Below are positions 63,082-64,000 of a stretch of 64,000 nt of DNA, piece after piece. The notes under the pieces are model-generated. The model worked only from the letters and a program-made list of their open reading frames with translations. It ran no database searches and was not told the origin of the DNA. Where the stretch lies: positions 2,307,784-2,371,783 of the forward strand of contig OZ253449.1 of assembly GCA_965261345.1 (NCBI GenBank). The letters run 5' to 3'. How positions within the stretch are numbered: position 1 is the stretch's first letter; the number at the start of each line of letters is the position of its first letter. Origin of the DNA: Chloroflexota bacterium. Lineage in GTDB: Bacteria > Chloroflexota > UBA11872 > VXNJ01. The translations under genes and the position numbers were made by a program.

Positions 63082-64000
63082 TTGACCTCCCCAGCCAAGC
63101 TCAACGAGCTCACCCTCGCTGAAAAACCCGCGCGCCAGTTGTTGGAGCGCCTCGGTTGGACCTACATAGACCGCGAGACGCTGGCGGCGGAGCGCGACGA
63201 CGAACGAAACGTGTTCCTCTACGAGCGGTTGACGTCTGCGCTCATGCGCCTCAACGAGTGGATGACCAAGGACCAGGCGCAGCGCGTCATCTTCAATCTC
63301 CAGCACTTGAATGGAATTGGGCTCGCGCGCAACCAGGCCATCCACACCTATCTCTCTCACGGCATGCCGCTCACTGTCGACCGTGGCGGCCGGCAGGAGA
63401 CGCCCACCGTTCGGTTCTTCGATTTCGACCACCCGGAACCGGGAGTCGGACTCAATGAATACGTGGTTACCACGCAGTTCCGTGTGCGGCGCAGCACCGA
63501 GCGCGGCGCCCCGCGAACCAGCGAGGACGACTCCCGCGTCGTCAAGCCAGACATTGTGCTGTTCGTGAACGGCATCCCCCTCGTGGTGCTGGAGGCGAAG
63601 TCACCTACGCTGTTTGACGTGTGGAAACAACAAGCCGTCAAGCAGTTGCACCGCTACCAGGAGGCCGAATCGGAATGGCACGGCACCGGCGCCCCCGAGC
63701 TTTTTGAGACGAACCTCATGTGCGTCGCACTCTGCGGCGCCGATGCTGCATTCGGCTCCCTCGGCGCGCCCGAGAACACCTACGCCGGCTGGAAGTCGAT
63801 CGACCCGTTCACGGAGATGGAATTCGAGCGTCGCTTCGGCACACCACCCCAGGGCCAGGCGCGGCTCATCACGGGGCTGCTAAATCCGACGACGCTCCTC
63901 GATATCCTGCGTGACTTTGTTATCTTCGAGCACGAGCGCGGGCGGCTGGTGAAGAAGCTGCCCCGCTACCAGCAGTACCGCGCGGTTCGCCACGCCCTCG
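63082..64000 (+). CDS. hsdR: Type I restriction enzyme endonuclease/translocase subunit HsdR (N-terminal part; continues off-window).
   Basis: An open frame with no stop to the window end. AEKPARQLLERLGWTYID.., the nuclease motif KPDIVLFVNGIPLVVLEAKS (D..EAK), and ..AVKQLHRYQ... The TTG start at 63082 is tentative. Confidence 0.85.
   Translation, partial: MTSPAKLNELTLAEKPARQLLERLGWTYIDRETLAAERDDERNVFLYERLTSALMRLNEWMTKDQAQRVIFNLQHLNGIGLARNQAIHTYLSHGMPLTVDRGGRQETPTVRFFDFDHPEPGVGLNEYVVTTQFRVRRSTERGAPRTSEDDSRVVKPDIVLFVNGIPLVVLEAKSPTLFDVWKQQAVKQLHRYQEAESEWHGTGAPELFETNLMCVALCGADAAFGSLGAPENTYAGWKSIDPFTEMEFERRFGTPPQGQARLITGLLNPTTLLDILRDFVIFEHERGRLVKKLPRYQQYRAVRHAL

Overview
This is a 64-kb high-GC bacterial chromosomal segment. 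The taxon cannot be assigned from the sequence alone. It splits into three parts.

(1) nt 1-8254: one giant secreted S8/kexin-like protease gene. It has a P-domain, 14 tandem fibronectin-III repeats and a Gly-linker plus a C-terminal repeat domain. The gene is off-window at its 5' end, carries a frameshift near nt 525, and is cut in its last FN3 repeat by an IS256-family element with a 9-bp target duplication.

(2) nt 8.3-47.6 kb: ordinary metabolic and envelope genes. These include bcp, an ABM monooxygenase, an arsM-like methyltransferase, SDRs, a TcuA-like flavoprotein, a TPP enzyme, a nucleoside hydrolase, a fatty-acid desaturase, cytochrome c, an esterase, an LLM oxidoreductase, a 1003-aa M16 peptidase, creatininase and MscS. 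Mixed in are complete IS21- and IS481-family insertions with recognisable inverted repeats and target duplications, a heavily decayed second IS256-family copy, and many gene remnants (panC, SDR, amidase-like, Gfo/Idh/MocA-like, ctaA-like and others).

(3) nt ~47.8-64.0 kb: a mosaic defence/mobile island, partly visibly AT-richer. It contains:
- an MT-A70 methyltransferase paired with a large PD-(D/E)XK + DGQHR (ParB/DndB-like) + HEPN fusion protein. This pair is the best candidate for an undescribed system;
- a decayed GIY-YIG/DUF4357-like gene;
- an IS110 / IS3 / ISNCY graveyard;
- an orphan nucleoside-2-deoxyribosyltransferase/TIR-like protein;
- a type I R-M operon (half-size hsdS, hsdM, hsdS split by an IS3/IS407-group element, an unrecognisable 310-aa embedded gene, and hsdR running off the window).

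I saw no rRNA, tRNA or CRISPR array. All domain calls come from reading motifs by eye. None has been checked by an HMM or database search.
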